From assembly GCA_028718635.1 (NCBI GenBank), contig JAQULK010000001.1, positions 24,626-88,625 of the forward strand: a stretch of DNA of 64,000 bases. Reading direction: 5' to 3'. Of this stretch, positions 45,453 through 54,910 are shown piece after piece; position 1 is the stretch's first letter, and the number at the start of each line of letters is the position of its first letter. The DNA is from Minisyncoccota bacterium. GTDB lineage: Bacteria > Patescibacteriota > Minisyncoccia > Phycocordibacterales > UBA9973. The position numbers and the translations under genes were made by a program. The notes under the pieces were generated by a model that had not been told where the DNA came from, made no database searches, and saw nothing but the letters and a program-made list of their open reading frames with translations.

Positions 45453-46585
45453 AAATAGTCTATAATATTCTCAGTATTTACAGACATAAAAATCGATTTT
45501 GGATATGTTTCCAACCAGGCCTTTGGCGCGCTTGCTTTTTCTTTCCATTTACATTCAAAAGCTTCAACTTGACCATCTGAAATTTCTATAAAATCCACTT
45601 CCGCCCCATTTCTGTTTTTCCAAAAATGAATTTCACTTGTTCTCCCTGAATATTCTCGTTGTTTTATCTTTTCCGCAATAAAAAAATTTTCAAAGATTGC
45701 TCCTTTGTCCAATCGAAATTCTATGGGATCGTTGTTGTTGATAATAGCGTTTCTAATACCTATATCATAAAAATAAATTTTGTGGCTTTTGTTTATTTCC
45801 TTATTTTTATTTGTATAAAAGGGAGTAAGTCGAAAGACAATAAACGCTTGTTCAAGCAAATTCACATAGTTTAAGACCGTGCTCCTAGTTATGCCGGCTT
45901 CCTTGGCCAGTTCTGAATAAGATATCTCGCTTCCAATGCGCAAAGCTAAAAGCTTTATTAGCTTTTCAAAAGCAAAAGAATTTCTAATATCTCCAAACAT
46001 AAATAAATCCTTGAACAAATAATCTCCAGCCAATTCTTTTACCAGAAGCGCCTTTTCTTCTCTTGATTCGACGGAAACTATCTTTGGGTACATGCCGAAT
46101 GTCATATACGTCTCAAGTTCTTTTTGTATTTTTATTTTCCCGTGCGCTGAAACCAATTCTTTTATTGATAAAGGATAAAGATAAAATTTTCTATTCCTGC
46201 CGGTCAGAGGTTCATTCAGTTTGTTGGCTAACTCGAAAGAGGAAGAACCAGAGGCTATCACTTTTGCGCCTTCAACATTGTCGGCAATCAATTTGAGTGA
46301 TATACCGATGTCTTTTATTCTCTGGGCTTCATCAATGACCACAAGATCATACCCTGACACTAACTGAGAAAGCTCGTCTGATGACCTATGTTCCAAGAGG
46401 AGAGCATCTTTTGGATCATCTCCCTGCAAGTAAAGTGTTTTTGTAAAATTCTTCAATATTACCTTGATAAGAGTGGTTTTCCCAACCTGCCTTGCTCCGT
46501 AGAGTATTATTATAGGCTTTTTGCCTAAGTTTTTTATCAAAGTATCATATATTGTTCTAACATAATTCATAGATATAGTATACAA
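45449..46585 (-). CDS. AAA+ superfamily ATPase with DUF4143-type C-terminal domain
   Basis: 378 aa; P-loop GARQVGKTT, Walker B VVIDEAQ; flanked on both sides by the same 23-bp hairpin. Confidence 0.65.
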   Translation of the reverse strand: MYTISMNYVRTIYDTLIKNLGKKPIIILYGARQVGKTTLIKVILKNFTKTLYLQGDDPKDALLLEHRSSDELSQLVSGYDLVVIDEAQRIKDIGISLKLIADNVEGAKVIASGSSSFELANKLNEPLTGRNRKFYLYPLSIKELVSAHGKIKIQKELETYMTFGMYPKIVSVESREEKALLVKELAGDYLFKDLFMFGDIRNSFAFEKLIKLLALRIGSEISYSELAKEAGITRSTVLNYVNLLEQAFIVFRLTPFYTNKNKEINKSHKIYFYDIGIRNAIINNNDPIEFRLDKGAIFENFFIAEKIKQREYSGRTSEIHFWKNRNGAEVDFIEISDGQVEAFECKWKEKASAPKAWLETYPKSIFMSVNTENIIDYF

Positions 46586-46631
46586 TATACATACCTAAAA
46601 TAGCAAGTATGAAACTATTTTAAGTAATCCC

Positions 46632-46654
46632 CTAGTAAGAACTGTTCTTACTAG
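46632..46654. repeat. Hairpin CTAGTAAGAAC TG TTCTTACTAG upstream of DUF4143 ATPase gene
   Basis: Same hairpin with a compensated C/T-G/A change. Confidence 0.6.
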
Positions 46655-46656
46655 TT

Positions 46657-47418
46657 CTATGATTTATAACAATAATAAGCAGTTGCCTTGGATCCATCTC
46701 CACCAGTACAATCGCCATTAACTGAACATTGAGTCACAACAATTCTTTGTGATGTATATCCATTCGGACAAGAACAAGCACCTGTAGCGGGATTCGTCAG
46801 TGCGCAAGCAGCACTACTACTTGGTCCTGTCATTGTATAAATTCCGCCAAAAGACAATGCACCACCATTTAGCTGACTCGCCCATTTGCCAACGCTGTTT
46901 ATCCAATAGTCATTGGCAGTAATATTACCAGTAGTGCCAAGATCAAGTTTTTGAGTAGGGTTAGGTGTGCCAATACCGACGTTGCCGTTACTGATATATA
47001 CAGTTTCTTTTCCATTTGCTTTTAATACTAATGATCCACCAACGGCACCTCCAGCGCCCACAACAGCATTATTTCCGTTATATCCTAAAAATCCTTTACC
47101 ACTCACATCTCCCCAATAAGTAACTCCTAATATATCTAATTTCTGTGTTGGACTTGTTGTTCCGATGCCGACGTTGCCATTTTCAACTATAAGACCATAA
47201 GCAGCAGCACCCCCGGAAGTAGTAAGACCCTTTATCCATAAATTACCTTGTTTGATTTGACCGATATTTCCAACGTTGATTGGTGTATCAGTGTTATTAT
47301 TAGGAGCAGTAGCTGTAGGACCAACCCACGTACTAGAAGCAAAAACATAACTACCCCCAATCACCAATATTAGTGCTAAGACGATGGATTTTATATTTTG
47401 TATTATTTTAGTTTTCAT
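46657..47418 (-). CDS. Secreted hypothetical protein with GNVGIGTxxPTQKLD repeats and Cys-rich C-terminus
   Basis: 253 aa; N-terminal signal/TM; two copies of NGNVGIGT(T/P)(S/N)PTQKLD. Confidence 0.4.
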   Translation of the reverse strand: MKTKIIQNIKSIVLALILVIGGSYVFASSTWVGPTATAPNNNTDTPINVGNIGQIKQGNLWIKGLTTSGGAAAYGLIVENGNVGIGTTSPTQKLDILGVTYWGDVSGKGFLGYNGNNAVVGAGGAVGGSLVLKANGKETVYISNGNVGIGTPNPTQKLDLGTTGNITANDYWINSVGKWASQLNGGALSFGGIYTMTGPSSSAACALTNPATGACSCPNGYTSQRIVVTQCSVNGDCTGGDGSKATAYYCYKS

Positions 47419-47740
47419 TGAATTTAATATTTTTTATTTTTGTAATGGGAGATGCTTCGGATGGTTGACTCAGAATTTTGAGTCGCTCTTCATCAGTCAT
47501 GTTTGGATTTGCTGGAGGAATATTTGATGGTTTTTGTAATATTTCTAGCCGCTGTTCATCTGTAAGAGACGGGGGAGATTTCGGCCGAGAAATAAAGTAA
47601 AAAATAAGAAGACCAAAAAGAATAATAATTAAAATAGCAATCGCTATTTTTTGATATCTAATTAAATGACTTTTAATCATGGATTCAATTATAAAGCAAA
47701 AGAAAGATGATGTGAAATAGGGGGTGTGGATAACCCCCAC
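47408..47740 (-). CDS. Small hypothetical membrane-anchored protein
   Basis: 110 aa; one TM helix; repeated TDE(Q/E)RL(E/K)IL motif; overlaps downstream gene by 11 nt. Confidence 0.35.
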   Translation of the reverse strand: MGVIHTPYFTSSFFCFIIESMIKSHLIRYQKIAIAILIIILFGLLIFYFISRPKSPPSLTDEQRLEILQKPSNIPPANPNMTDEERLKILSQPSEASPITKIKNIKFNEN

Positions 47741-48235
47741 ACCTTTCTTGGTATCGCTTTTTTTCTGCTAATAAAAATAGTTAATAATAATATTTATTTT
47801 AATATAAATTGTAATCGTAGTGGTACTTCTAATGAAAAAGCAGAATAATACCAAGAAAGGTGTGGGGGATAACCCTTTCACTATACTTTTGCTCAAAAGG
47901 TGTGGAGGTCATATAATAATTATTATGTATTATGTTTATATTCTTAAGAGTTTAAAAGATGGAAAACTATATGTTGGATCAACCAATGATCTGAAGCGAA
48001 GACTTTCGGAACACAATAACGGACTTAATCGTTCAACAAAAGCTAGACGTCCTTTTGAGCTTCGATATTATGAAGCTTGTGCTAGTGAAAGTGATGCCCG
48101 AACTAGAGAATATAATCTAAAGAAAGATGGAAAAGCACTTGGGCAACTTAAAAGAAGAATTTCCGAAAGTCTTAAATAAATCCCCACAACCTATTTGGAT
48201 AGGTGTGGGGATAAAATGAAAGGTGTGGATAACTA
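47715..48235. repeat. Cluster of GAAAGGTGTGG(G)GATAAC repeats (two contain perfect DnaA-box 9-mers TGTGGATAA) flanking the GIY-YIG gene
   Basis: Copies at about 47716-47745 (inverted pair), 47857-47875, 48185-48200 (inverted), 48204-48214, 48221-48235; AT-rich stretch 47760-47830. Confidence 0.5.
47925..48179 (+). CDS. Stand-alone GIY-YIG nuclease-domain protein (YhbQ-like)
   Basis: YYVYILKSLKDGKLYVGSTNDLKRRLSEHN = GIY-YIG signature; ORF track starts at 47820 but the internal ATG gives the typical 85-aa protein. Confidence 0.7.
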   Translation: MYYVYILKSLKDGKLYVGSTNDLKRRLSEHNNGLNRSTKARRPFELRYYEACASESDARTREYNLKKDGKALGQLKRRISESLK

Positions 48236-48416
48236 TGCGACTCAGCTTGCTATTTCTGTAGAAATGTGGTATGGTACCTAAAGAAAACAATGTCAGTTCT
48301 CTGACAACTAAAAAAGTCAACCTGACCTTTTGGGTTGGGTTTAAAATAAAAGTGAAAAAATGCACGCGGACGGCCAGTTAGCGCGTCGGTGCAAAGAAAG
48401 AAAGGTAGGTAGAAAG

Positions 48417-49988
48417 ATGAAAAAAGCAATTTCTATTCTCGTAGTACTGTTGTCGTTTATTTTTACGACAACAGTTTATGCGGGAAATGTTCCCGCCGTT
48501 TCAGTGCAGGCAATCGACGTACCGTCGATTGCCAAAACGGGAAGTAATTTCACGATCGTTGTTACGATCGTGGGTAGTGGAACAAAGACAAAGATAGTAA
48601 AAGCCACCGTCAAATTTTATTTGACGAGTGGCAAGAAAAAGATATCTATTGGGAGCAAGAAAGTGACCATGGACGAAAGTACATGGTCGGGGGGTATTGT
48701 TCGCAAGATCCCAAAGAAAACAAAAGAGGGTACATATTACCTCTTGGTATGCGTAGGGAAAGTCTGTGTCGCTTCTACGACACAGATTCAGGTGGTAAAG
48801 GTATTACCGCCTCCACCGCCTCCACCACTGTCACCGCCTGTTCAGATGTGCACAGATTACACGTACACCGAATGGTCTGCTTGTGACCCAAGCGGACACC
48901 AAAACCGTACGACGATTGGCTACTTGCCAGCTGGTTGTACAGGTGCGCCGTCAACGGCGCCGGTATTAACACAGTCATGCACGCCACCTTCGCCACCATC
49001 GCCACTTTTCAAAATGGATGGAGAGACTAAGAGAACTGCTGTTGACGAGACAGGCAACCTGTTCACTATCATCACCACAACGTCAGGCCTAGATTCTTTG
49101 GTAAAGTCTGACAAAAATGGAGAAACATTTTGGGAAACGTCAATGGGGTGCAATCGTAGTAACATTGCACTCCTAGGAACGAATGCTTACGTTATCTGTA
49201 AAAAGGGAACAGGGGTATTCGTTGAGGTCGTTGACCAAAGTACTGGTCAACCAAAAACTGAACTGGAAACAAAAATCGCCAGCAACGGCGAACCGTTTAC
49301 AATCATTGCTGATCCATCCGCATCAAGTCTGTATTTAATGTGGGTTGATTATAACAGTGGTTCGACGATGCCCTGGATGGCCAGAGCAAATTCAGACGTC
49401 AACCAAACGTCAGGTTTTGTAAACGGTCCCTTTGACGGAAACATCGCCGTCGGGGCAACCGGTGTTTACATATCAAGATACACCGGTGAATGGGATGTCG
49501 TGGTAGACAGGCATGCGAAAGACCTGTCTGCAAAAACCAACATTGTGAGTTTGATCAATGTTGGTGAGCTAAGCGGTATAACACTTAGCGGTGATGAAAA
49601 AGAACTTTTTATCACCGACAGGGGAAATTTTATGGCAAGAGCTGTAGGAGACCCCCCTACTAGGAACGCGTTGTTTGTGGTTGACATCACTAGTGGTGGT
49701 ATCAACACGATAGACGCTGGCCTAGCTTATGGCAACGGGCCAAGCGACTTGTCATATGATCCCTTTGGATTATACAGTATAGTCCAGACGGCAGATGGGT
49801 ATTCTATTATCAAAATAGACCCAGCTACTGGCAAAATTACCCCAATTGTAACTAATATCAGCGGAGGTGGTGGTGACCACCGCCCTTTATTAACAACAGA
49901 CACTGCCAGCGGGAGATTCTATGTCTCCCATCTGGCAAATCAACCAGACACTGTTTGTGTCTGGGACCTGGGTGGCAATCCACTCTAA
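48417..49988 (+). CDS. Secreted hypothetical protein (signal peptide, Ig-like N-domain, poly-Pro linker, beta-rich C-domain); locally elevated GC
   Basis: Start at MKKAISILVVLLSFIFTTTVYAG; PPPPPPLSPP linker; followed by a strong rho-independent terminator. Confidence 0.5.
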   Translation: MKKAISILVVLLSFIFTTTVYAGNVPAVSVQAIDVPSIAKTGSNFTIVVTIVGSGTKTKIVKATVKFYLTSGKKKISIGSKKVTMDESTWSGGIVRKIPKKTKEGTYYLLVCVGKVCVASTTQIQVVKVLPPPPPPPLSPPVQMCTDYTYTEWSACDPSGHQNRTTIGYLPAGCTGAPSTAPVLTQSCTPPSPPSPLFKMDGETKRTAVDETGNLFTIITTTSGLDSLVKSDKNGETFWETSMGCNRSNIALLGTNAYVICKKGTGVFVEVVDQSTGQPKTELETKIASNGEPFTIIADPSASSLYLMWVDYNSGSTMPWMARANSDVNQTSGFVNGPFDGNIAVGATGVYISRYTGEWDVVVDRHAKDLSAKTNIVSLINVGELSGITLSGDEKELFITDRGNFMARAVGDPPTRNALFVVDITSGGINTIDAGLAYGNGPSDLSYDPFGLYSIVQTADGYSIIKIDPATGKITPIVTNISGGGGDHRPLLTTDTASGRFYVSHLANQPDTVCVWDLGGNPL

Positions 49989-49998
49989 GGTCGATCTC

Positions 49999-50045
49999 AA
50001 ATGGGCTCCCTTCAGCATGAAGGGAGCCCATTATTACTTTAATTT
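49999..50045 (+). terminator. Rho-independent terminator after secreted-protein gene
   Basis: 15-bp stem AAUGGGCUCCCUUCA / UGAAGGGAGCCCAUU, loop GCA, U-rich tail. Confidence 0.7.
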
Positions 50046-50131
50046 GAAATAAAAAGGAGTGTTGACTAACTTTTTATAATAAAATACAATGAAACTGTGA
50101 GTAATTATCAGTTCGGTCAAACATTATCAAT

Positions 50132-50716
50132 ATGGACAGTTTAATAGCAAAATTATATCAATCACCAAAAACAATCCTATCTAACAAGGATTTGGCTTTG
50201 ATTTGGCAGGAAAATAACGAAGAAAGTTTATACGCCAAAACTGCCTACTATGTAAAACAAAAAGCTCTAATCAGATTGACTCGGGGAGTTTTTGCTAAAA
50301 AAAAAGATTACAATCCAAAAGAATTGGCAACCAGTATTTACACTCCGTCTTATATCAGCTTCGAAACAGTTTTGAGAGAGGCCGGTGTCATTTTCCAACA
50401 CTACGATACAATATTTGTAGCTTCTAAATGGCCTAAAACAATGACTATAGATAAAAATACTTTTACCTTCAGAAAATTGAAAGATGCTATCCTGTTTAAT
50501 TCCACTGGTGTTGTCAATAAAGATAACTACAGCGTGGCCACCGCAGAAAGGGCATTCTTGGATATGATTTATTTATTTCCGAATTATTACTTTGATAATT
50601 TGAAATCGATCGACTGGGGTAAATGCAATGAATTAGTAAAAATTTACAACAACAAAGAATTAATAAAACGATTGAATAAATATCGCAAAAATTATCAAGA
50701 AAAAAATGTTGAATAG
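50132..50716 (+). CDS. abiEi: AbiEi-like antitoxin/transcriptional regulator (type IV TA, abortive-infection system)
   Basis: 194 aa; N-terminal wHTH-like segment with LIRLTRGVF resembling the AbiEi_4 RGxY motif; immediately upstream of and overlapping the AbiEii-like gene. Confidence 0.5.
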   Translation: MDSLIAKLYQSPKTILSNKDLALIWQENNEESLYAKTAYYVKQKALIRLTRGVFAKKKDYNPKELATSIYTPSYISFETVLREAGVIFQHYDTIFVASKWPKTMTIDKNTFTFRKLKDAILFNSTGVVNKDNYSVATAERAFLDMIYLFPNYYFDNLKSIDWGKCNELVKIYNNKELIKRLNKYRKNYQEKNVE

Positions 50717-51419
50717 GCAAAAACATCAATTAATAATGAGTCGGATTTTGAAGGACATCTATACCGATATTACGATCAGTCCGCTCTTGGGATTCAAGGG
50801 TGGCACTTGCGCCTATTTTTTCTATAATCTGCCAAGGTTCTCGGTGGACTTGGATTTTGATTTGTTGGTGGTGAATGACGAAAATCAAAAAATAGTATTT
50901 GAAAAAATTGTTGCTATCTTAAAAAGATACGGAGAAGTCAAAGATCAATACATCAAGAGATTTACTGTCTTTGCTCTGCTCTCCTACGGTGATGACGACC
51001 ATAATATCAAGGTTGAAATTAATGTTAGAAAATTGATAGAAAACATTCAAGACCACTATGAGATGAAGGAATATCTTGGCATCTCCATGTTTGTCGCCAA
51101 AAAAGATTATTTGTTTGCGAGCAAACTCTCGGCTTTGACCTTGAGAAGCGAAACCGCAATGAGAGACATTTATGATATTCACTTTTTTGCCAAAAATAGT
51201 TGGGATATTAATGCTGAAGTTATCAAAGAAAGAACCGGCAAAACCACCAAGGAATACTTGGCTGCTTGCATAGCATTTATAGAAAAAGTAAAGGGCAATC
51301 AAATTTTGCAGGGATTGGGGGAACTTGTTGATAGTGAAAAAGAAAAAGCGTGGATTAGAAATCATTTGAAATCCGACTCTATCTTCATGCTGAAAAATTA
51401 TATGTCGGTAATAAAATAA
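50706..51419 (+). CDS. abiEii: AbiEii/AbiGii-family nucleotidyltransferase toxin (DUF1814)
   Basis: 237 aa; LLGFKGGTCAYFFYNLPRFSVDLDFDL matches the GGTAL...RFSEDLDF nucleotidyltransferase motif of DUF1814. Confidence 0.65.
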   Translation: MLNRQKHQLIMSRILKDIYTDITISPLLGFKGGTCAYFFYNLPRFSVDLDFDLLVVNDENQKIVFEKIVAILKRYGEVKDQYIKRFTVFALLSYGDDDHNIKVEINVRKLIENIQDHYEMKEYLGISMFVAKKDYLFASKLSALTLRSETAMRDIYDIHFFAKNSWDINAEVIKERTGKTTKEYLAACIAFIEKVKGNQILQGLGELVDSEKEKAWIRNHLKSDSIFMLKNYMSVIK

Positions 51420-51465
51420 TTTTTAGGTTGCAAAAAAATACCATCTATGATATTATTCTAGTGTG

Positions 51466-51500
51466 TAAGTCCTGTCGCAACAGGGCTTTTATTTTTAAAA
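51466..51500 (+). terminator. Rho-independent terminator after abiEii-like gene
   Basis: 9-bp stem AAGUCCUGU/ACAGGGCUU with CGCA loop then UUUAUUUUUAAAA. Confidence 0.55.
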
Positions 51501-51509
51501 ACTTAATAG

Positions 51510-51536
51510 CCAGACAGCGCCTAAGGTGCTGTCTGG
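51510..51536. repeat. Second copy of CCAGACAGCGCCTAAGGTGCTGTCTGG palindrome, immediately upstream of nusA start
   Basis: Near-identical to 36244-36290. Confidence 0.6.
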
Positions 51537-52743
51537 TGCAAAAAAATTTATGTTAGACATAAAAACATTCAGGTCAGCGTTGGAACAATTGGAGGAAGAG
51601 AGGAAAATCCCAAAAGAAAAAATACTGGAAGCTATAGAGCAAGCGATGGCCGCTGCTTATAAAAAAGATTATGGCAAGAAAGGACAAATCATCCGAGCAA
51701 AGTTCGATATGGAAACTGGTAAAACAGATTTTTTCCAAGTAAAAATCGTGGTAGACGAAAGTATCGCCATTATGGATGACGAAAGACCCCTACCCAACCT
51801 CCCCCTTAATAAGGGGGAGGAGCAAGGAGGGGGTGCAGACGAGCGCGTGCATTTTAATTCCGAACATCACATTCTTCTCGAAGACGCAAAAAAAATTACA
51901 AAGGGAGCCGAGCTAAATGACGAAATAATTTTTCCACTAGAACAAAAAGACAATTATGGACGCATCGCCGCACAGACCGCCAAGCAAGTCATCATCCAGA
52001 AGATCCGCGAGGCAGAACGCACTTCTATTATAGATGAATATGGCACCAAAGAGGGCGAGGTTATTTCCGGCATAGTGCAAAAAGTAGAAAGAGGAAACGT
52101 CTATGTCGATTTCAACAGAGCTACCGGAATATTGCCTACCGAAGAACAAATCCCAGGAGAATATTGGACTCGCGGACAAAGAATCCGAGCTTATCTTTAT
52201 AGCGTGGAAGACACTCATCGAGGCATCAACTTGCGCCTTTCTCGAACTCATCCCAAATTTGTAGAAAAACTTTTTGCCATAGAAGCGCCAGAGATAGAAA
52301 ACGGCATAGTAGAGATTAAATCTATTGCGCGTGAAGCAGGCGCTCGTTCAAAAATTGCGGTTTATTCAAACGACGAGCACATCGATCCAGTCGGCTCTTG
52401 CGTCGGCCAAAAAGGAACCAGAGTAAACACTATCACCACCGAACTTTCCGGAGAAAAAATCGACATCATTCCTTGGTCCTCTGATCCTTCTCAATTCATT
52501 TCTAATTCTCTTTCTCCAGCCAAAGTTATTTCGATTGTTATAGACGAGAAAGAACACAAGGCCATCGTGGAAGTGGCCAACGATCAGCTGTCGCTCGCCA
52601 TCGGCAAAGGCGGACAAAATGTGCGCCTCGCCGCCAAACTGACCGGCTGGAGGATAGACATAAAAGGCGATGATTTGTCTGCGCAAACAGAAAAAGAAGT
52701 TGTTAAAAATGAAGAAGACGTTAAGGAAGATGAATCCCGTTAG
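51526..52743 (+). CDS. nusA: Transcription termination/antitermination factor NusA (probable true start ATG about 51551); contains in-frame palindrome-encoded insert RPLPNLPLNKGEEQGGG
   Basis: NusA N-domain, S1 domain (GEVISGIVQKVERGNVYVDF), two KH domains (GSCVGQKGTRV, LAIGKGGQNVRLAAKLTGW); stop TAG inside repeat arm. Confidence 0.85.
   Translation: MLSGAKKFMLDIKTFRSALEQLEEERKIPKEKILEAIEQAMAAAYKKDYGKKGQIIRAKFDMETGKTDFFQVKIVVDESIAIMDDERPLPNLPLNKGEEQGGGADERVHFNSEHHILLEDAKKITKGAELNDEIIFPLEQKDNYGRIAAQTAKQVIIQKIREAERTSIIDEYGTKEGEVISGIVQKVERGNVYVDFNRATGILPTEEQIPGEYWTRGQRIRAYLYSVEDTHRGINLRLSRTHPKFVEKLFAIEAPEIENGIVEIKSIAREAGARSKIAVYSNDEHIDPVGSCVGQKGTRVNTITTELSGEKIDIIPWSSDPSQFISNSLSPAKVISIVIDEKEHKAIVEVANDQLSLAIGKGGQNVRLAAKLTGWRIDIKGDDLSAQTEKEVVKNEEDVKEDESR
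51787..51836. repeat. Family P palindrome, in-frame inside nusA
   Basis: CCCCTACCCAACCTCCCCCTTAATAAGGGGGAGGAGCAAGGAGGGGGTG. Confidence 0.75.
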
Positions 52744-52887
52744 AAGTCATTTTATTGGGATGAATCCCGTTAGAGATCAGTTGGTTAATATAAAAATTAA
52801 AAATGTTTTGTTATAATAAATTTAGTCGACATTAATAAGTTAATTTATGGTACGGGAATGCAAAGCATTCCCTATCTCTAACGGGAT
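52734..52887. repeat. Intergenic palindromic element, copy 6: nusA-hppA spacer, with duplicated left arm
   Basis: nusA stop TAG lies in ATCCCGTTAGAAG; second arm ATCCCGTTAGAGATCAG pairs with CTATCTCTAACGGGAT whose last G starts hppA ATG; tandem in-frame stops. Confidence 0.8.
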
Positions 52888-54910
52888 GAATCAATTTTTA
52901 TCGTTTGCGATCATTAGTTCGTTTGTCGCTATTGTTTACGGTTTGTTTTTGGCTAAATCAATATTAAAAAAGAGTCCTGGAAATACTCGCATGCAGGAAA
53001 TTGCGAAAGCAATTCAAGAAGGGGCTAGCGCATATTTAAATAAACAATATAAAACTATCAGCATTATTGCGGTGATCCTTTTCTTTATCATCGGTTTGGT
53101 GCCAAAACTCGGATGGACTATGGCTTTTGGATTTTTAGTCGGAGCTATTTTTTCTGGTCTTGCAGGCTATATAGGTATGAACGTATCTGTCAGAGCAAAT
53201 GTCCGCACGACCGAAGCTGCTAAGAGTGGCATAAATGAAGCGCTTTCCCTGGCCTTTAAGGGCGGTACAGTTACCGGACTTTTAGTAGTCGGCTTGGCTC
53301 TCTTGGGCGTAACAGCTTTTTATGCAATTACAAAAGATGTCCCTGCGCTTGTAGGGCTTGGTTTCGGCGCTTCCCTTATTTCAATCTTTGCAAGATTGGG
53401 CGGAGGAATTTTTACAAAAGCAGCCGATGTCGGCGCTGACCTTGTAGGCAAGCTTGAAGCAGGCATTCCAGAAGACGATCCAAGAAACCCCGGAGTTATC
53501 GCAGACAATGTCGGGGACAATGTCGGGGATTGCGCTGGCATGGCAGCTGATTTATTTGAAACTTATGCTGTCACCTCAGTCGCTACGATGTTGCTCGGCT
53601 CGCTTCTTTTTGTCGGTTTTGAAAATGCAGTCATCTACCCTCTCGTAATAGGCGGTATGGCAATATTCGCATCTATTATCGGTACTTGGTTTGTGCGCTT
53701 AGGCAAAAGCAAGGAGGGTCAAGAAAATATAATGGGCGCCTTATACAAAGGCCTCATCGCCTCTGGTGTCATCGCAGCTGTTTTATTTTATCCTGTTACC
53801 AATATTCTTATGGCAGGAAATGGAAAATATGCAGTAATAGATTTATTCATTTGCTCTTTGGTTGGTCTCTTTGTTACTGGAGCGCTTGTCGTCATTACAG
53901 AATATTTCACTTCTACAAAATACTATCCCGTAAAATCTATCGCGGAAGCATCGGCTTCCGGTCATGGCACAAATGTTATTCAAGGTTTGGCTATTTCCAT
54001 GAAAGCTACTGCCTTGCCTTTGATCACAATCGTTTTAGGAATATTGATTAGTTATAGTTTTGGCGGACTTTATGGAATCGCCGTAGCTGCGATGTCTATG
54101 CTTTCAATGACAGGGATAATTGTGGCGATAGATGCCTATGGTCCTATCACCGACAACGCGGGAGGTATTGCAGAAATGGCAGAACTTCCAGAATCAGTTC
54201 GAAACATCACTGATCCTTTAGATGCAGTTGGAAACACTACCAAGGCTGTTACAAAAGGTTATGCTATCGGTTCTGCTGGACTTGCCGCACTGGTTCTTTT
54301 TGCCTCTTATACAGAAGAAATTATAAAAGCTGGAAAAAGTATCAATTTTGATCTAAGTAATCCATTTGTAATTATGGGACTCTTTTTAGGAGGACTTCTT
54401 CCCTACTATTTCGGAGCGCTTTGCATGGAAGCAGTGGGAAAAACTGCCGGAAAAGTGGTAGAAGAAATCCGAAGACAATTCAGAGAAATAAAAGGAATTA
54501 TGGAAGGCACTGCAAAACCGGATTACGCAAAAGCTGTTTCAATCATTACGGGTGCCGCTATCAAGCAAATGATCTTGCCCGCCCTTATACCAGTCCTTGC
54601 TCCAATTTTAGTGATTGTTCTTTTTGGAAAAGAAAAAGGGTTTGTTGTTTTAGGCGGTCTTCTTGTCGGCTCCATCGTTACAGGACTTTTCGTTGCCATT
54701 TCGATGACCTCAGGCGGAGGCGCATGGGACAATGCTAAAAAACACATAGAACAAGGCAATCACGGAGGCAAAGGAAGTGAGGCTCATAAAGCTGCAGTTA
54801 CTGGTGATACTGTCGGAGATCCTTACAAAGACACAGCCGGCCCTGCCATCAACCCTATGATAAAAATCCTAAACATAGTTGCCTTGCTTTTAGTTATTTT
54901 ATTGATGTAA
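52886..54910 (+). CDS. hppA: Membrane-bound proton/sodium-translocating pyrophosphatase
   Basis: About 675 aa, 15-16 TM; [35 protein letters not shown] signature; start placed at ATG directly after TCTAACGGG (MNQFLSF). Confidence 0.9.
   Translation: MNQFLSFAIISSFVAIVYGLFLAKSILKKSPGNTRMQEIAKAIQEGASAYLNKQYKTISIIAVILFFIIGLVPKLGWTMAFGFLVGAIFSGLAGYIGMNVSVRANVRTTEAAKSGINEALSLAFKGGTVTGLLVVGLALLGVTAFYAITKDVPALVGLGFGASLISIFARLGGGIFTKAADVGADLVGKLEAGIPEDDPRNPGVIADNVGDNVGDCAGMAADLFETYAVTSVATMLLGSLLFVGFENAVIYPLVIGGMAIFASIIGTWFVRLGKSKEGQENIMGALYKGLIASGVIAAVLFYPVTNILMAGNGKYAVIDLFICSLVGLFVTGALVVITEYFTSTKYYPVKSIAEASASGHGTNVIQGLAISMKATALPLITIVLGILISYSFGGLYGIAVAAMSMLSMTGIIVAIDAYGPITDNAGGIAEMAELPESVRNITDPLDAVGNTTKAVTKGYAIGSAGLAALVLFASYTEEIIKAGKSINFDLSNPFVIMGLFLGGLLPYYFGALCMEAVGKTAGKVVEEIRRQFREIKGIMEGTAKPDYAKAVSIITGAAIKQMILPALIPVLAPILVIVLFGKEKGFVVLGGLLVGSIVTGLFVAISMTSGGGAWDNAKKHIEQGNHGGKGSEAHKAAVTGDTVGDPYKDTAGPAINPMIKILNIVALLLVILLM

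Noticed and set aside
47820-47924. Longer GIY-YIG ORF starting at 47820
   Set aside because: The extension contains a repeat copy and has no homology to GIY-YIG N-termini. The internal ATG at 47925 gives the canonical YVYIL start.
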